Notes: a model not told the origin generated them from the sequence alone. Counted from the first letter of the stretch, positions 51,338 through 61,806 are shown. The stretch: 64,000 bases of DNA from an uncultured Planctomycetota bacterium (GCA_963737655.1 CAVTTN010000002.1:1056001-1120000); one strand, 5' to 3'. A program made the numbers and translations.

Positions 51338-52441
51338 ATGACCACCTCGCTGACCTCGTGGCTTCGCAAGTTGGGGCTGCTCACGGTCATCGGCGTCCTG
51401 GCGGCGGCGGCCCTGGGGAAATACTGCGGAGTCGAGCCGGCCTCGCGATCGCCCCAGCCCGTGAAGTTCATCCACTTCTCGGTGGCCGACGTCCACGACT
51501 TCGAGCCCGAGCTGACGCTGGTGGACGTCGAAACCGGGACCATGGCGCGGATCGCCCTGCCCGACGGCGACGTGCTGGACTCGGCCAGCCTCTCCCCCTG
51601 GCAAGAGCAGGGGGGCCAGGGGCAGATGGTCGGGCGGTGGACGAGCTGGTCGGGACGGGCCGAAGGGGGCCACAGCCGGGCGTTCGGCCTCGCCCGGTAC
51701 ACCCAGGACGGCAAGCCCCTGAACCGGGTCGTCAGCGAGGTCGCGCCCGAGGGGCCGCCCTGCTGGTATCCCGGCACCCGGGCCCGAATCCTGTTCGCCG
51801 GGGGGGACCGCGTCCTCCACCACTTCGCCTTCGAAGACGCCTCGGGGCCCGAGGCCGGCCCCGACGGCTGCGAGCTGAAGCCCCAGCCGATCGCCTGGAA
51901 AATCCCCCCGCCGGGGGAGGGCGAGGGGCACGTCCAGATCTCCGACCCGGTCTGGCCGGAGGAGCGGATCTTCGGCGGCCGCCTGGTCGTCTCGCTGAGC
52001 GTCCAGGTCCGAGAAGACGACCGGCCCCGGTTCCTCCCCCCTCGGCTCTGGTGGATCCAACTGGACCGGGACGGCTCGGCCATCGAGGCCGCCGGCCCCC
52101 TGACCGAGCGCGCCCCCCGGGACGACCAGGCCAAGGAGCGCTGCCCCCGGCTGATCCGCACGGCCTCGGGCGACCTCCGGCTCGCCTTCCTGACCCGCCG
52201 ACCCGGCCAGGTCGGCTGGTCGCTCGCCGTGGCCGACGTCGAGTTCGACGAGTCCGGCACGCCTCACGCCGACGCCTCGGCCGCCACGATCCTCGCCGAT
52301 CACTGCGCCATCTCGACCCTCGCCTTCTCGCCCGACGCCCGATGGGTCTACTATCTCCCCAAGGGCCCGCCCACCGGAGGGACCCGTCGAGTCGCCGTCC
52401 CCCCGGCCCTCCGGCCCGACCGCCGGGTGGCCATGCGGTGA
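51338..52441 (+). CDS. Hypothetical exported protein (possible TolB-like propeller)
   Basis: N-terminal hydrophobic segment, SLSPW, PCWYP, DPVWP and AFSPDARWVYY blade-like motifs; RBS GAGG. Confidence 0.7.
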   Translation: MTTSLTSWLRKLGLLTVIGVLAAAALGKYCGVEPASRSPQPVKFIHFSVADVHDFEPELTLVDVETGTMARIALPDGDVLDSASLSPWQEQGGQGQMVGRWTSWSGRAEGGHSRAFGLARYTQDGKPLNRVVSEVAPEGPPCWYPGTRARILFAGGDRVLHHFAFEDASGPEAGPDGCELKPQPIAWKIPPPGEGEGHVQISDPVWPEERIFGGRLVVSLSVQVREDDRPRFLPPRLWWIQLDRDGSAIEAAGPLTERAPRDDQAKERCPRLIRTASGDLRLAFLTRRPGQVGWSLAVADVEFDESGTPHADASAATILADHCAISTLAFSPDARWVYYLPKGPPTGGTRRVAVPPALRPDRRVAMR

Positions 52442-52546
52442 GAGGAAGGGAGCGGCCGACTTGCCCAAACGCCGGTCCGGGCCCATACTGGTCTATGACA
52501 AAGGTCAGACCCGGCCCCGGTTCGTCCTGGGACAAGGAGGCGGCTC

Positions 52547-54868
52547 ATGCGTTGGGAATGTGGGCGAGGCCCGGCGGTGATCGCGATGGCGATGGCCGTC
52601 GGGATCATCGGGGCGACGGCGCCGGCCTGTCGAGGCGACGTGACGCCCGAGGAGGTCGAGCGGGCGATCCGCGACGGCGTCAAATATCTGATCAAGAGGC
52701 AGAACGATAACGGCTCCTGGCCCGATTCCGACGCCCGGGCCCATGCCGGGACGACCGGCCTGGCCGCGCTCGCCCTGCTGACCGCCGGGGAGAAGGCCGA
52801 CAGCGTCCCCGTGAGCCGGGCCCTGACCTTCCTCCAGCAGTTCCGGCCCACCGACCTGAATTCGACCTATAGCGTCTCGCTCCAGACGATGGTTTTTGCC
52901 CAGGCCGACCCGGACCGCTTCCGGATCGCCATCGCCGGCAACGTCGCCTGGCTGGAGAAGGCCCAGATCAAGCCCGGCGACCAGGGAGGCCAGGCCCACT
53001 GGCCCGGGACCTGGACCTACGAGCTGAACAAGGGCACGCCCGGCGACAACTCCAACAGCCAGTACGCCCTGCTCGGCCTGAACGCCGCGGCCGAGGTCGG
53101 CGTGCCGATCAAGCCCGAGGTCTGGGCCCTGGCCCGTCAATACTGGGAGCTCGCCCAGAGGGGCGACGGCGGCTGGAGCTACATGCCCCAGGCCGGCGAC
53201 CCCACCTCCGGCAGCATGACCTGCGCCGGCGTCTCCAGCCTGATCATCACCGGGCTGAAGCGCTACGAGGGCCAGGAAGTCCTCCTGCCCAACGGCCAGA
53301 TCCGCAACTGCGGCAAGGGCGGGATCAACCCCAACCTCCAACGAGGCATCGACTGGCTCAGCGGCCATTTCCGCGTCAGCGAGAATTTCCCGAAGAACCA
53401 GACCTGGAAGTATTACTATCTGTACGGCCTGGAACGCGCCGGGAGGCTCTCGGGCCTGCGCTACTTCGGCGACCACGACTGGTATCGCGAGGGGGCCGAG
53501 TTCCTGGTCCACACCGACCAGAGGGACGGGATCGAGGGGTTCTGGACCGGCCGGGACGCCACCGAGCGCGACCCGATCGTCGCCACCAGCTTCTCCCTGC
53601 TGTTCCTGGCCAAGGGCCGGGCCCCGGTGGTCATGAACAAGCTCCGCCACGGCCCGGGCAATGACTGGAACAACGACCGCGACGACGTCCGCAACCTCGT
53701 CGGCGCCGTCTCCCGGGACTGGAAGCACCTGCTGACCTGGCAGGTCGTCGATCCCGAGACCGCGACGGTCAACGACATGCAGCAGGCGCCCATCGTCTAC
53801 ATCACCGGCCACGAGGCCCCGCAGTTCACGGCCGACGCCAAGAGGAAGCTCCGCGAGTACGTCGAGCAGGGCGGGTTCATCCTGGCCGAGGCGTGCGACG
53901 GCCGCCCCGAGTTCGACGCCGGGTTCAAGGCGCTGATGCTCGAAATCTTCCCCGAGCAGGAGTACGAGCTCCACCCCCTCGACGCCGCCCACCCGGTCTG
54001 GCGGGCGAAGCATCTGCTCTCGCCCGACGTCCACCCGCTCTGGGGGATCGAGCACGGCTGCCGGACCGTGGTGATCTACTCTCCTCAGGACCTCTCCTGC
54101 TACTGGAACCAGGCGGAGAGCCAGCCCGATCATCCTTATGTGATCAAGGCCCTGCGAGTGGGCCAGAACATCGTCGATTACGCCACCGGCCGCGAGCTCC
54201 CGGCCGACAAGCTGGCGATCCGCGAGACGACGAAGTTCGGCAACGACCGGGCGAAGCGGGGCGCCCTGCACATCGCCAAGCTCAAGCACGCCGGAGACTG
54301 GAACGTCGCCCCCCTGGCGGTCCCCAACCTCACGACGATGCTCCGCGACAAGTTCAAGCTCGACGTGGTGATCAACCACCGGGAGATCTTCCCGAGGGAC
54401 CCGAACCTCGTCTATTACCCCCTGGTGTACATCCACGGACGGGCCGGGATGGCGTTCGACCCCGAGGACATGAAGGCCCTCCGCCGCCACCTCGACCCCG
54501 GCGGAGGCACCCTGTTCGCCGACGCCGCGTGCGGGGCCCCGGCCTTCGACGCCTCGTTCCGCAAGTTCATCGCCGAGCTCCTGCCGGACAACCCGCTCGT
54601 CCCCATCCCGCCCGAGGACGAGCTCTACCACATGAAGACCGGCTACGACCTGTCCAAGTGCCGGTACAGCAAGGCCGCCGGAGGGGGGGTGGGCATGCCC
54701 CAGCTCGAAGGCGTCAAGATCAACGGCCACTGGGCCGTGATCTACTCGAAATACGACGTCGGATGCTCGCTCGAACGCCAGCAAGGCATGCTCGATTGCA
54801 AGGGATACGTCCACGAGAGCGCCATGATGATCGCGGCCAACATCGTGATCTACGCCACGCTCCCGTAG
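52547..54868 (+). CDS. DUF4159 domain protein with prenyltransferase/squalene-cyclase-like repeats
   Basis: QNDNGSW, GDNSNSQYALLGL, SMTCAG, YYYLYGLER, two GG.+.A.AC DUF4159 units. Confidence 0.88.
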   Translation: MRWECGRGPAVIAMAMAVGIIGATAPACRGDVTPEEVERAIRDGVKYLIKRQNDNGSWPDSDARAHAGTTGLAALALLTAGEKADSVPVSRALTFLQQFRPTDLNSTYSVSLQTMVFAQADPDRFRIAIAGNVAWLEKAQIKPGDQGGQAHWPGTWTYELNKGTPGDNSNSQYALLGLNAAAEVGVPIKPEVWALARQYWELAQRGDGGWSYMPQAGDPTSGSMTCAGVSSLIITGLKRYEGQEVLLPNGQIRNCGKGGINPNLQRGIDWLSGHFRVSENFPKNQTWKYYYLYGLERAGRLSGLRYFGDHDWYREGAEFLVHTDQRDGIEGFWTGRDATERDPIVATSFSLLFLAKGRAPVVMNKLRHGPGNDWNNDRDDVRNLVGAVSRDWKHLLTWQVVDPETATVNDMQQAPIVYITGHEAPQFTADAKRKLREYVEQGGFILAEACDGRPEFDAGFKALMLEIFPEQEYELHPLDAAHPVWRAKHLLSPDVHPLWGIEHGCRTVVIYSPQDLSCYWNQAESQPDHPYVIKALRVGQNIVDYATGRELPADKLAIRETTKFGNDRAKRGALHIAKLKHAGDWNVAPLAVPNLTTMLRDKFKLDVVINHREIFPRDPNLVYYPLVYIHGRAGMAFDPEDMKALRRHLDPGGGTLFADAACGAPAFDASFRKFIAELLPDNPLVPIPPEDELYHMKTGYDLSKCRYSKAAGGGVGMPQLEGVKINGHWAVIYSKYDVGCSLERQQGMLDCKGYVHESAMMIAANIVIYATLP

Positions 54869-54911
54869 GGTGCATGAAATGCACCGTCATGGAGGGTGCA
54901 TGAAATGCACC
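54865..54911 (+). repeat. Family A REP, tandem pair overlapping the stop codon
   Basis: GTAGGGTGCATGAAATGCACC then GGAGGGTGCATGAAATGCACC. Confidence 0.85.
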
Positions 54912-54984
54912 AACCAGGAGGCGGCCGAAAGGCCGCCTGCCTTCTCCCTTCTCCCTTCCTCAAGAAACCCAGGGCCGCCGCCCC

Positions 54985-55995
54985 TCAAACCTCCCGAGAT
55001 CGGCCCACCAACCGCCGCCCGGCCCGTCGCGACGGCGACGGCCCCCGGACCGCGTCGCCCGTCCCCGGATCCACCCGGCCCGGGATCTCCGGCCGATCCT
55101 GCTCGCTCCTTCGCTTCCGATCGAACCACCGGGCCATCGCGAACCATTCGTCGGCGCCGAGGAACGTGAGATAGCCGATGACCATCATCTCGCTGAACAA
55201 AGGGATCTGCACGGTCATCATGATCCCGGCGTGAAGCGCCAGCCCCGCCGGGAGGATCCACGGCCTGGCCGCCTTGAACCACAGGAGGAACGCCAGGGCG
55301 AACTCCAGGGCCATCGCGCCATGGGTCATCGCGCTGGTGAGCGTCGGGTACGCCGTCAGGCCGAAGCTCAGCCGGTGGAACTCGGTGTTCCCCAGGACGT
55401 AATGGACCGCCGTGCCGTCGATCCAGGGCTTGCCGCCGGCCTTGAGCATCGCCGTCGCGAAATAGACCATGGCGATCTGGAACCCGATCAGCCGTTGCGC
55501 CCAGGGGACGATCAACGGCTCGAACACGGCGCCGAGCTTCTTCCTCGCGCGTCGGTAGTCGAGCGACATCGCCGCCCCGCTCGGGCTGAGCATCAGGGTA
55601 AAGGCGAGGACGACCATCAGGACGTCCGCCCCGCTGCACGACGCCATGTTCCGATGATGGATCGACAGCAGCATCCCGTAGAGGAGGACCGAGGTGATCC
55701 GGGTCCGCCAGCCCAGGGTGACCATCGCCGCGACGACCCCGGTCCCGGCCAGGAACAGGCGGATCGAGAGCGGGTCCTGAACCCACTGCAACGGGCTGGG
55801 GCGCAGGGGGCCGGCGAGCTCGCGGGCCTCGGACCCCTGGAGCCGGCCGACGCCGCTCAGCCACTCGTCCGACTCGGGGAAGAACAGGGCGACATGCGCC
55901 AGGACGATCAGGCCGAACGCGATCCGGAACGCCGCCAGGGGGCGTGCCGAGGTCGGCGCGAACCAGAACCGATTCCACGCTCGCCAGGGGTTCAC
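54985..55995 (-). CDS. HTTM domain membrane protein (VKGC/SdpB-like)
   Basis: WNRFWF...LAAFRIAFG, LGWRTR, RN....GAD, SLD, QIAMVYF....K....W.DGTA, E+...L+W, H.GI. Confidence 0.85.
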   Translation of the reverse strand: MNPWRAWNRFWFAPTSARPLAAFRIAFGLIVLAHVALFFPESDEWLSGVGRLQGSEARELAGPLRPSPLQWVQDPLSIRLFLAGTGVVAAMVTLGWRTRITSVLLYGMLLSIHHRNMASCSGADVLMVVLAFTLMLSPSGAAMSLDYRRARKKLGAVFEPLIVPWAQRLIGFQIAMVYFATAMLKAGGKPWIDGTAVHYVLGNTEFHRLSFGLTAYPTLTSAMTHGAMALEFALAFLLWFKAARPWILPAGLALHAGIMMTVQIPLFSEMMVIGYLTFLGADEWFAMARWFDRKRRSEQDRPEIPGRVDPGTGDAVRGPSPSRRAGRRLVGRSREV

Positions 55996-56528
55996 GGCCG
56001 GGTCTCCGCCAGGTTGGGGAATCCGTAGGTGGTCACGACCGAGTCGAACGGCATCGGCGGGGGTTCGTCGAACGGGTCGTCGGGGCCGACGATCGGCTCG
56101 AAATGGAGGACGAGATCGACCTCGATCGGGAAATCCGCCTCGGTCAGCCCGACTCGCCGGGTCACGTACCTCGCGGCGAACTCGCGGAAGACCTTGCCGT
56201 TCTGCTCGCCGACCTTCGACGCATATTTCGCGTGGCGATACATCCAGAGCCGCCGGGGAGCGGGCTGCTCGCCGACCCGAGGGAAGTCGAAGTGGCGGAG
56301 GAACCCCCGGCGGTCGCGGACCACGGCCGACAGCGACATCGAGTTGGTCGGCGGGTCGGGGGCGAACATCCCCCACTGCTGGGCCAGGCCGGTCGGGCAG
56401 AGATAATACGCCGCCGCCGGGCCCAGGCGGTCCCTCAGCCGGCAGGTCGGCAGGTTCCACGCGACGATCGCGACCACGTGGACGATCACGAAGGCGGAAA
56501 TCAGCACTCTCTTGACGAGCCACGCCAT
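55992..56528 (-). CDS. HTTM-associated protein (QxWxMFAP motif; SdpA/DUF5819-like)
   Basis: One N-terminal TM helix, TGLAQQWGMFAPDPP; GTGA overlap with the HTTM gene. Confidence 0.7.
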   Translation of the reverse strand: MAWLVKRVLISAFVIVHVVAIVAWNLPTCRLRDRLGPAAAYYLCPTGLAQQWGMFAPDPPTNSMSLSAVVRDRRGFLRHFDFPRVGEQPAPRRLWMYRHAKYASKVGEQNGKVFREFAARYVTRRVGLTEADFPIEVDLVLHFEPIVGPDDPFDEPPPMPFDSVVTTYGFPNLAETRP

Positions 56529-56759
56529 CGGGGAACTCCTCGTCCATCGGTGAGGCCCGGCCGTCCGGGTCCATCGGCCGCAGACCGTAGGCATTTCCCG
56601 AAAAACGGTCAAGTCCAGCCGATCCCTGGCCGGGGGCCCGGCATTCGATTTGCGGGATGAAGAGGCGATGATCCCGGGCAACGTCGGCCTCGGTCCCGGT
56701 CGGTCGCGGAGGGTCGCGCCGAGGGGCGGTCGCGCCCCGGGCCGAAAGGGCCCTTCCTC

Positions 56760-57839
56760 ATGAGAACTCTGCGGATCGCGATCCCCCCGGCGACGGCCGC
56801 CCTGATCGTCGGGCTGGCCGGGCTCGCCGCCCCGGCCCAGGACGACGCCAAGGCCGCCCCGGCGACGGCCAAGGTCCATGATTTCGACTCCCGCCAGGCC
56901 CTCTCCGACTTCTACGACAAGCAATACGCCGAGGTCGATCGCCAGAGGATCGCCGACCTTGCGGCCCTGGCCCCGAAGCTCAAGGACGACGAGGCCGAGG
57001 CCGCCTATTCCGAGCTCTTCCACCTGGCCGTGACCCGCGACCAGTACGACTCGGCCGAGAAGGCCGCCGAGGCGTTCCTCGCCTCGGGCAAGGGCAGCCC
57101 GCAGACCCGCGCCCTGGCCAGCTTCGTCAACATCATCGCCGCGAGCAATCGCAAGCAATACGACCAGGCCCTGACGGACCTCGACGCCTTCCTCAAGGGG
57201 ATGGCCGCCTCGAACAAGCCCGACGCCAAGATCGACCCGAACCTGCTGTTCGCCGTCGGCGAGGCGTTCTTGCAGAAGCTCATCAAGGCCCGCGAATATG
57301 ACGCCGCGAGAAAGGTCTGCCGCCTGTTCGTGGCCGACTCCATGGACCCGCAGGTCAAGGAGCACTTCGCCTCGAGGATGAAGCGCCTGGCCATGCTCGG
57401 CCAGGACGCCCCCCCGATCGCCGGGACCGACGTGGACGGCCGCAAGATCAGCCTGGCGGACTACCGGGGCAAGGTCGTCCTGGTCGATTTCTGGGCCACC
57501 TGGGCGCCTCCGTGCGTGGCCCAGATGCCGTACTACGCCAGCCTCCAGGCGAAGTACGGCTCGAAGGGCTTCCAGGTCTTCGGCGTGAACGTCGATGCGG
57601 CCCAGCAGCAAGCGGGGAAGGACGCGGGCGCCGTCTCGTCGAACGTCCGCAAGTTCCTCCTGGGGATGAGGGTCGGCTGGCCGACGGTCATGAACGGCCG
57701 AGGCAGCCAGGATTTCGCCGCCGAGTACGGGGTGACCGACATCCCGGCGAACTTCCTGATCGGCAAGGACGGCAAGATCCTCCAGGTCGAGCTCTCCGAC
57801 ACCGACCTCGACGCCGCCATCGCCAAGGCGCTCAAGTAG
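56760..57839 (+). CDS. TlpA/ResA-like thioredoxin-fold protein with AxxC site
   Basis: Signal peptide, helical domain, DGRKISLADYRGKVVLVDFWATWAPPC, YGVTDIPANFLIGKDG. Confidence 0.88.
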   Translation: MRTLRIAIPPATAALIVGLAGLAAPAQDDAKAAPATAKVHDFDSRQALSDFYDKQYAEVDRQRIADLAALAPKLKDDEAEAAYSELFHLAVTRDQYDSAEKAAEAFLASGKGSPQTRALASFVNIIAASNRKQYDQALTDLDAFLKGMAASNKPDAKIDPNLLFAVGEAFLQKLIKAREYDAARKVCRLFVADSMDPQVKEHFASRMKRLAMLGQDAPPIAGTDVDGRKISLADYRGKVVLVDFWATWAPPCVAQMPYYASLQAKYGSKGFQVFGVNVDAAQQQAGKDAGAVSSNVRKFLLGMRVGWPTVMNGRGSQDFAAEYGVTDIPANFLIGKDGKILQVELSDTDLDAAIAKALK

Positions 57840-57856
57840 GGTGCATGCAATGCACC
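57836..57856 (+). repeat. Family A REP overlapping the stop codon
   Basis: GTAGGGTGCATGCAATGCACC. Confidence 0.8.
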
Positions 57857-57974
57857 AACCCAGCGGCGGCCCTCGGCCGCCCACCGCTCTCCTCCTCACA
57901 TCTCGATGAATGAGAATGGAGAGCGGCGGCCGGGCCGGGCCCGCCGGGTGCCCGTCGCCTTCGATGCCTCCGGC

Positions 57975-59231
57975 TCAGGCCAGCGCCCCTTCGGCAACCA
58001 CCGGCTTGCGGATCTCCTCGTCGCGGAACAGGGCGGCGAAGGCGAGGATGCAGAGGACCGTCAGGACGAACGGACCGGCCCAGATCGCCGCCCAGTTGTC
58101 GCCGAAGTGGTCGCGGATCGCCCCTCCGCCGAGGTTGCCGACGACCGTCCCCAGGCCATAGACCAGGAAGATCAGGAGGTTCTGCGCCGTGGCCTTGATG
58201 TCCGTGCTGGCCGCGCGGTCCACGTACATCTGCGCCACGACGAAGAAGAACCCGAAGCAGAACCCGTGGAGCGCGATCGTGGCAATCATCAGCCACTGGG
58301 GCTGGCCGATGATCGACAGGCCGAACCTCAGGGCCCAGGCCGAGGCGCCGAGGATCATCGTGTTCTTGACCCCGAGCGTCCTCACGGCGATCGGCACCAG
58401 GAGCATGACGAGGATCTCGGCGACCTGGCCGAACGACATGTAGAACGACACGTATTCTTCCTTGATGCCCACCCGATCCTTCAGGAAGAACCCCTCGCAC
58501 TGGAAGTAGAAGGCCAGCATGATCCCGATCAGCGCGGCCACGACCGTCAGGACGGCGAAGGAGCGGTTCTTCATGAGCTCCAGCGTCTCCAGGACGGCCG
58601 ACTTCTTGTCGATCGGGTCGTCCTTCCGGGCGGGGGTCGGCGGGGTGTGGGGCAGGGCGAAGCAGTAGAGCCCGTACAGGAACGAGAAGACCGCGGCGAT
58701 CCTCAAACAATCCTGGAACGACGGCTTGCCGATCGCGTGGAACAGCGGCTGCAAGGCCGAGACGTCCTTGCTCTGGAGGTAGAACGTGAAGAACCACCCG
58801 GCGGCGATCCAGCCGATCGTCCCGAGGGTGCGGATCGGCGCGAACAGCTCCTGCCTCCCCTCGCCCAGAGCCCGGAAGGTGATCGAGTTGGAGAGGCCCA
58901 TCGTGGGCATGAACAGGTTGCAATAGATGAACAGCAGGATGAAGATCGGCCAGAAGCCCGTCTGATAGGCCGTCGCCATCAGCAAGCACCCGCCGATCAG
59001 GTGGGCCACGGCCATCACCCTCTCCGACGAGAAATAGCGGTCGGCGAGCTGGCCGACGACGAACGGCCCGAGGATCGAGCCGAACCCGTAGACCGTCCCG
59101 ATGATCCCGATCAGGAACGGCCGGATCTGGAGCTTCTCCAGGTACAGGCCGACGACGGGCAGCCACATGCCCCAGACGAAGTACTGGAAGAACATCATCA
59201 CGCAGAGGCGGACGATCACGCCCGTTTTCAT
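57975..59231 (-). CDS. MFS transporter, nucleoside:H+ symporter (NupG/YegT) family
   Basis: RLCVMMFFQYFVWGMW, GQLADRYF, IRTLGTIGWI, GQVAEI, LHGFCFGFF. Confidence 0.9.
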   Translation of the reverse strand: MKTGVIVRLCVMMFFQYFVWGMWLPVVGLYLEKLQIRPFLIGIIGTVYGFGSILGPFVVGQLADRYFSSERVMAVAHLIGGCLLMATAYQTGFWPIFILLFIYCNLFMPTMGLSNSITFRALGEGRQELFAPIRTLGTIGWIAAGWFFTFYLQSKDVSALQPLFHAIGKPSFQDCLRIAAVFSFLYGLYCFALPHTPPTPARKDDPIDKKSAVLETLELMKNRSFAVLTVVAALIGIMLAFYFQCEGFFLKDRVGIKEEYVSFYMSFGQVAEILVMLLVPIAVRTLGVKNTMILGASAWALRFGLSIIGQPQWLMIATIALHGFCFGFFFVVAQMYVDRAASTDIKATAQNLLIFLVYGLGTVVGNLGGGAIRDHFGDNWAAIWAGPFVLTVLCILAFAALFRDEEIRKPVVAEGALA

Positions 59232-59369
59232 GAGGGAAGGCTCCGGGTCGAGGCGAAGGCGGGTCGGGGCGAGGATGAACGAATCTAACGCCCGAGAGGG
59301 CCGCCCGCCACCGGGTCCCGCCCTCGGATTCGGCCCGATCCCTCGACGGCCCGCGCCCTCGGCCGCGCC

Positions 59370-59806
59370 TCAGGGCCAATCGTCGAGCGGCGGGGCCTTC
59401 TTCGCGACGATCCCCGCGATCTCGGCGAGCCGCTCGTCGAACGACTCGATGAAGAAATGCGAGAGGAGCCGGCGGGCGACCTCTTCGGGCACGCCCCGGG
59501 CCTCGAAGACGTGGTCGGGCCGGAGCGCGACGGCCCAGGCCCCCCTCGGCCGGGTCAACCCGAGGAAGACGTCGAACGTCCGCCCCTCGCCTCGGACCGC
59601 CTCGATGCGGATCCTCGAACCCTCGGCCGTGCACCAGAGGGCCGGCAGGGCCCCCACGATGTCGTAGCGCGCGAACGTCTCGAAATCGCGAAGATACTGG
59701 TCCCAGGGGACCTCGTCGAAGGCCTCCAGGGCCGGGCCCGGTCGATCCGCCCGAGCTTCCTCGTGGTGCGGTCCGGGAGGAGCAGGCCGGCGGTCGCGAT
59801 GCCCAT
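59370..59806 (-). CDS. Hypothetical protein (probable frameshift near 59730)
   Basis: MGIATAGLLLPDRTTRKLGRIDRAR joins ALEAFDEVPWDQYLRDFETFARYDIVGALPALW if one base is restored. Confidence 0.55.
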
Positions 59807-59825
59807 CTCGGTGCTCGGGATCCGC

Positions 59826-61022
59826 TCAGGCCGGGAGCCAGTCGAGGAACCGCTCCACGACCTTCCGGCAGGTGTTCTCGCTCGCGTGGGCGAACCGGCG
59901 TTCGGATCGCTCGTCGTCCCGGCCCGATCGCACGAGCCGATGGGCGGCCTCGATGAAGGCTTCGGCGTCCTCGGCCACGTCGAAGAGGTCCTCGTAGAGC
60001 AGGCACTCGGGCAGGGGGGTCGAGACGATCGGCCGGCCGGTGGCCATGTAGTCCATGATCTTCGTCGGGCAGCAGACGCGGTTGAACGGGTGGTCGGCCC
60101 GATAGGGGATCAGGCAGACGTCGAACGCCGCGTTGTACCGGGCGATCTCGTGCTGGTGCCGCCAGTCCAGGGCGTGAACGTTCGGCTTCGCCAGGCACCG
60201 CCGACGGTCCGCCTGCCACGCCCCGGGCGGTCCGCTGCCGAGCCGGCCGACCAGGACGATCGAGCACGAGGGCAGGGCATCGGCCAGCCGGGCCAGCAAG
60301 TCCCAGTCGATCCGATCTTCGAGAGACCCGACGTAACCCAGCCTCGGGCCAGGAATTCGGGCGAGGTCGTCGGGCGGATGGGCCGGTTCCAAAAACGGGC
60401 CCGGGCCGAGCGAGGCCGACGGCGCCCCGTGAGGCAAGTGCCGGACCTTCCCCGCCGCTTCCGGGACCGCCGCCCGCAACCCGTCGGCCCGCAGCCGCGA
60501 GACGCAGACCGTCAGGTCGGCCTCGCGGACCGCCTGGACCTCCAGCGCGTTGACCCGGTCGGCGCATCGGGGCCAGTATTGCGAGTAGTCATCGATATTG
60601 AAGTAGACCTGGACGTCCGGCCGCACCTGATCGCGCAAATAGAGGTAGTGCGGGTAGGTCATGACCAGCGCGAGCGGGCCGTCGGGGGCGAACCGCCGCC
60701 TCCAGCCGTCGATGGAGCGGCGGATCGGCCTCATCCCCCAGGTCGGGAACCGCTTCATCCAGCCCGAGGGCAGGACGAGGTCCCGCCTCCAGTGGTTCGG
60801 GGCCGTCTCCGAGAGCGAGCGGCCCCAGGCCCACGGCCGCGCGTCCCGCCTCAGCGCATTGTAGTAGTCGATGCACTTCAGGAGGAGCGTGGACGTCCCG
60901 GGCCGGTCCAGCTCGGCGAACAGGTTCTCGGTGGTGAACCAGTTGGCGTCGGCCACGGCCAGGGCGAGCGGCCCCGGACCGGCCTGGACCTCGGCGATGC
61001 GTCGGACGGAGGAGACGGCCAT
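59826..61022 (-). CDS. Glycosyltransferase GT4 (TuaH-like)
   Basis: YFNIDDY, ADLTVCVS, LGYVGSL..RID, FDVCLIPY, CPTKIMDYMATGRPIVST. Confidence 0.88.
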   Translation of the reverse strand: MAVSSVRRIAEVQAGPGPLALAVADANWFTTENLFAELDRPGTSTLLLKCIDYYNALRRDARPWAWGRSLSETAPNHWRRDLVLPSGWMKRFPTWGMRPIRRSIDGWRRRFAPDGPLALVMTYPHYLYLRDQVRPDVQVYFNIDDYSQYWPRCADRVNALEVQAVREADLTVCVSRLRADGLRAAVPEAAGKVRHLPHGAPSASLGPGPFLEPAHPPDDLARIPGPRLGYVGSLEDRIDWDLLARLADALPSCSIVLVGRLGSGPPGAWQADRRRCLAKPNVHALDWRHQHEIARYNAAFDVCLIPYRADHPFNRVCCPTKIMDYMATGRPIVSTPLPECLLYEDLFDVAEDAEAFIEAAHRLVRSGRDDERSERRFAHASENTCRKVVERFLDWLPA

Positions 61023-61523
61023 CGCGGACCCCGGGCCGATCGCCGCACCGGGCCCTCCTACCGACTGGGGAGCGATCCGAAGGCCCCGGGCCCGGCGGCC
61101 CCGGAGCTTAAGCCACCCCCCGGGCCCCTGTCAACGCCAGCATCCACGCCCGAGCCCACTCGCAGGCCCGCAGGCCCGGGACCAATCGTCCCGACCCCGA
61201 AGCCCCGCAATTCAAGCACGAATGCATTGTTGGATTCATGATACCATTGCCCTCCCGCCCCCGCAACTCGGCGATTTTCCGACTCCGGGGCTCTGGACAA
61301 GGCAGGCCCGAGGACGAATCACGGGCGGGAAATACGGATTGCAAAAGAAAAAATCAAAAAGTTTCCGGCCATTGCGGGATGATGACTTGGGATCATTCTC
61401 CGAATCGGAGGTTCATGGAAAAACGGCGTTTAGGGGATTTCGCAAGGCCCGAACCATCTCCGAATTCTTTAGGATCAACGTCAAGATCGCCATAAAATCC
61501 CCCAGTTTGACGGCGGAAGGCGG

Positions 61524-61553
61524 TTGGCGCGGTCGGAGGGGGGTCCCTACAAT
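61524..61553 (+). promoter_or_regulatory. Putative sigma70 promoter
   Basis: TTGGCG-N18-TACAAT, downstream of an AT-richer region. Confidence 0.45.
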
Positions 61554-61806
61554 CCGGCCGTCTTGGTGACAGCGGCCCGTCGCATGAGGGCGGGTTGGGT
61601 GTCGCCGAGCGGCAACCTTCGTCTGGGATGGACGGGGTCACGTCGGAGGCCGGCGACGAGGCCGACCGAGGCGTCTGTCATACTCCTTGCCCGCCCCTGC
61701 CGGGATCGGGCCCCGGTTCGGGGTCCGTCGCGGGGGCGGTCGCCGGATGCGGAACCTCTCCGCATCCTCCCACACACGATCGACACCACGAGAAGGGTTC
61801 CCACCG

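Noticed and set aside
57504..57506. Selenocysteine in the thioredoxin motif
   Set aside because: The codon is GCG, not TGA.
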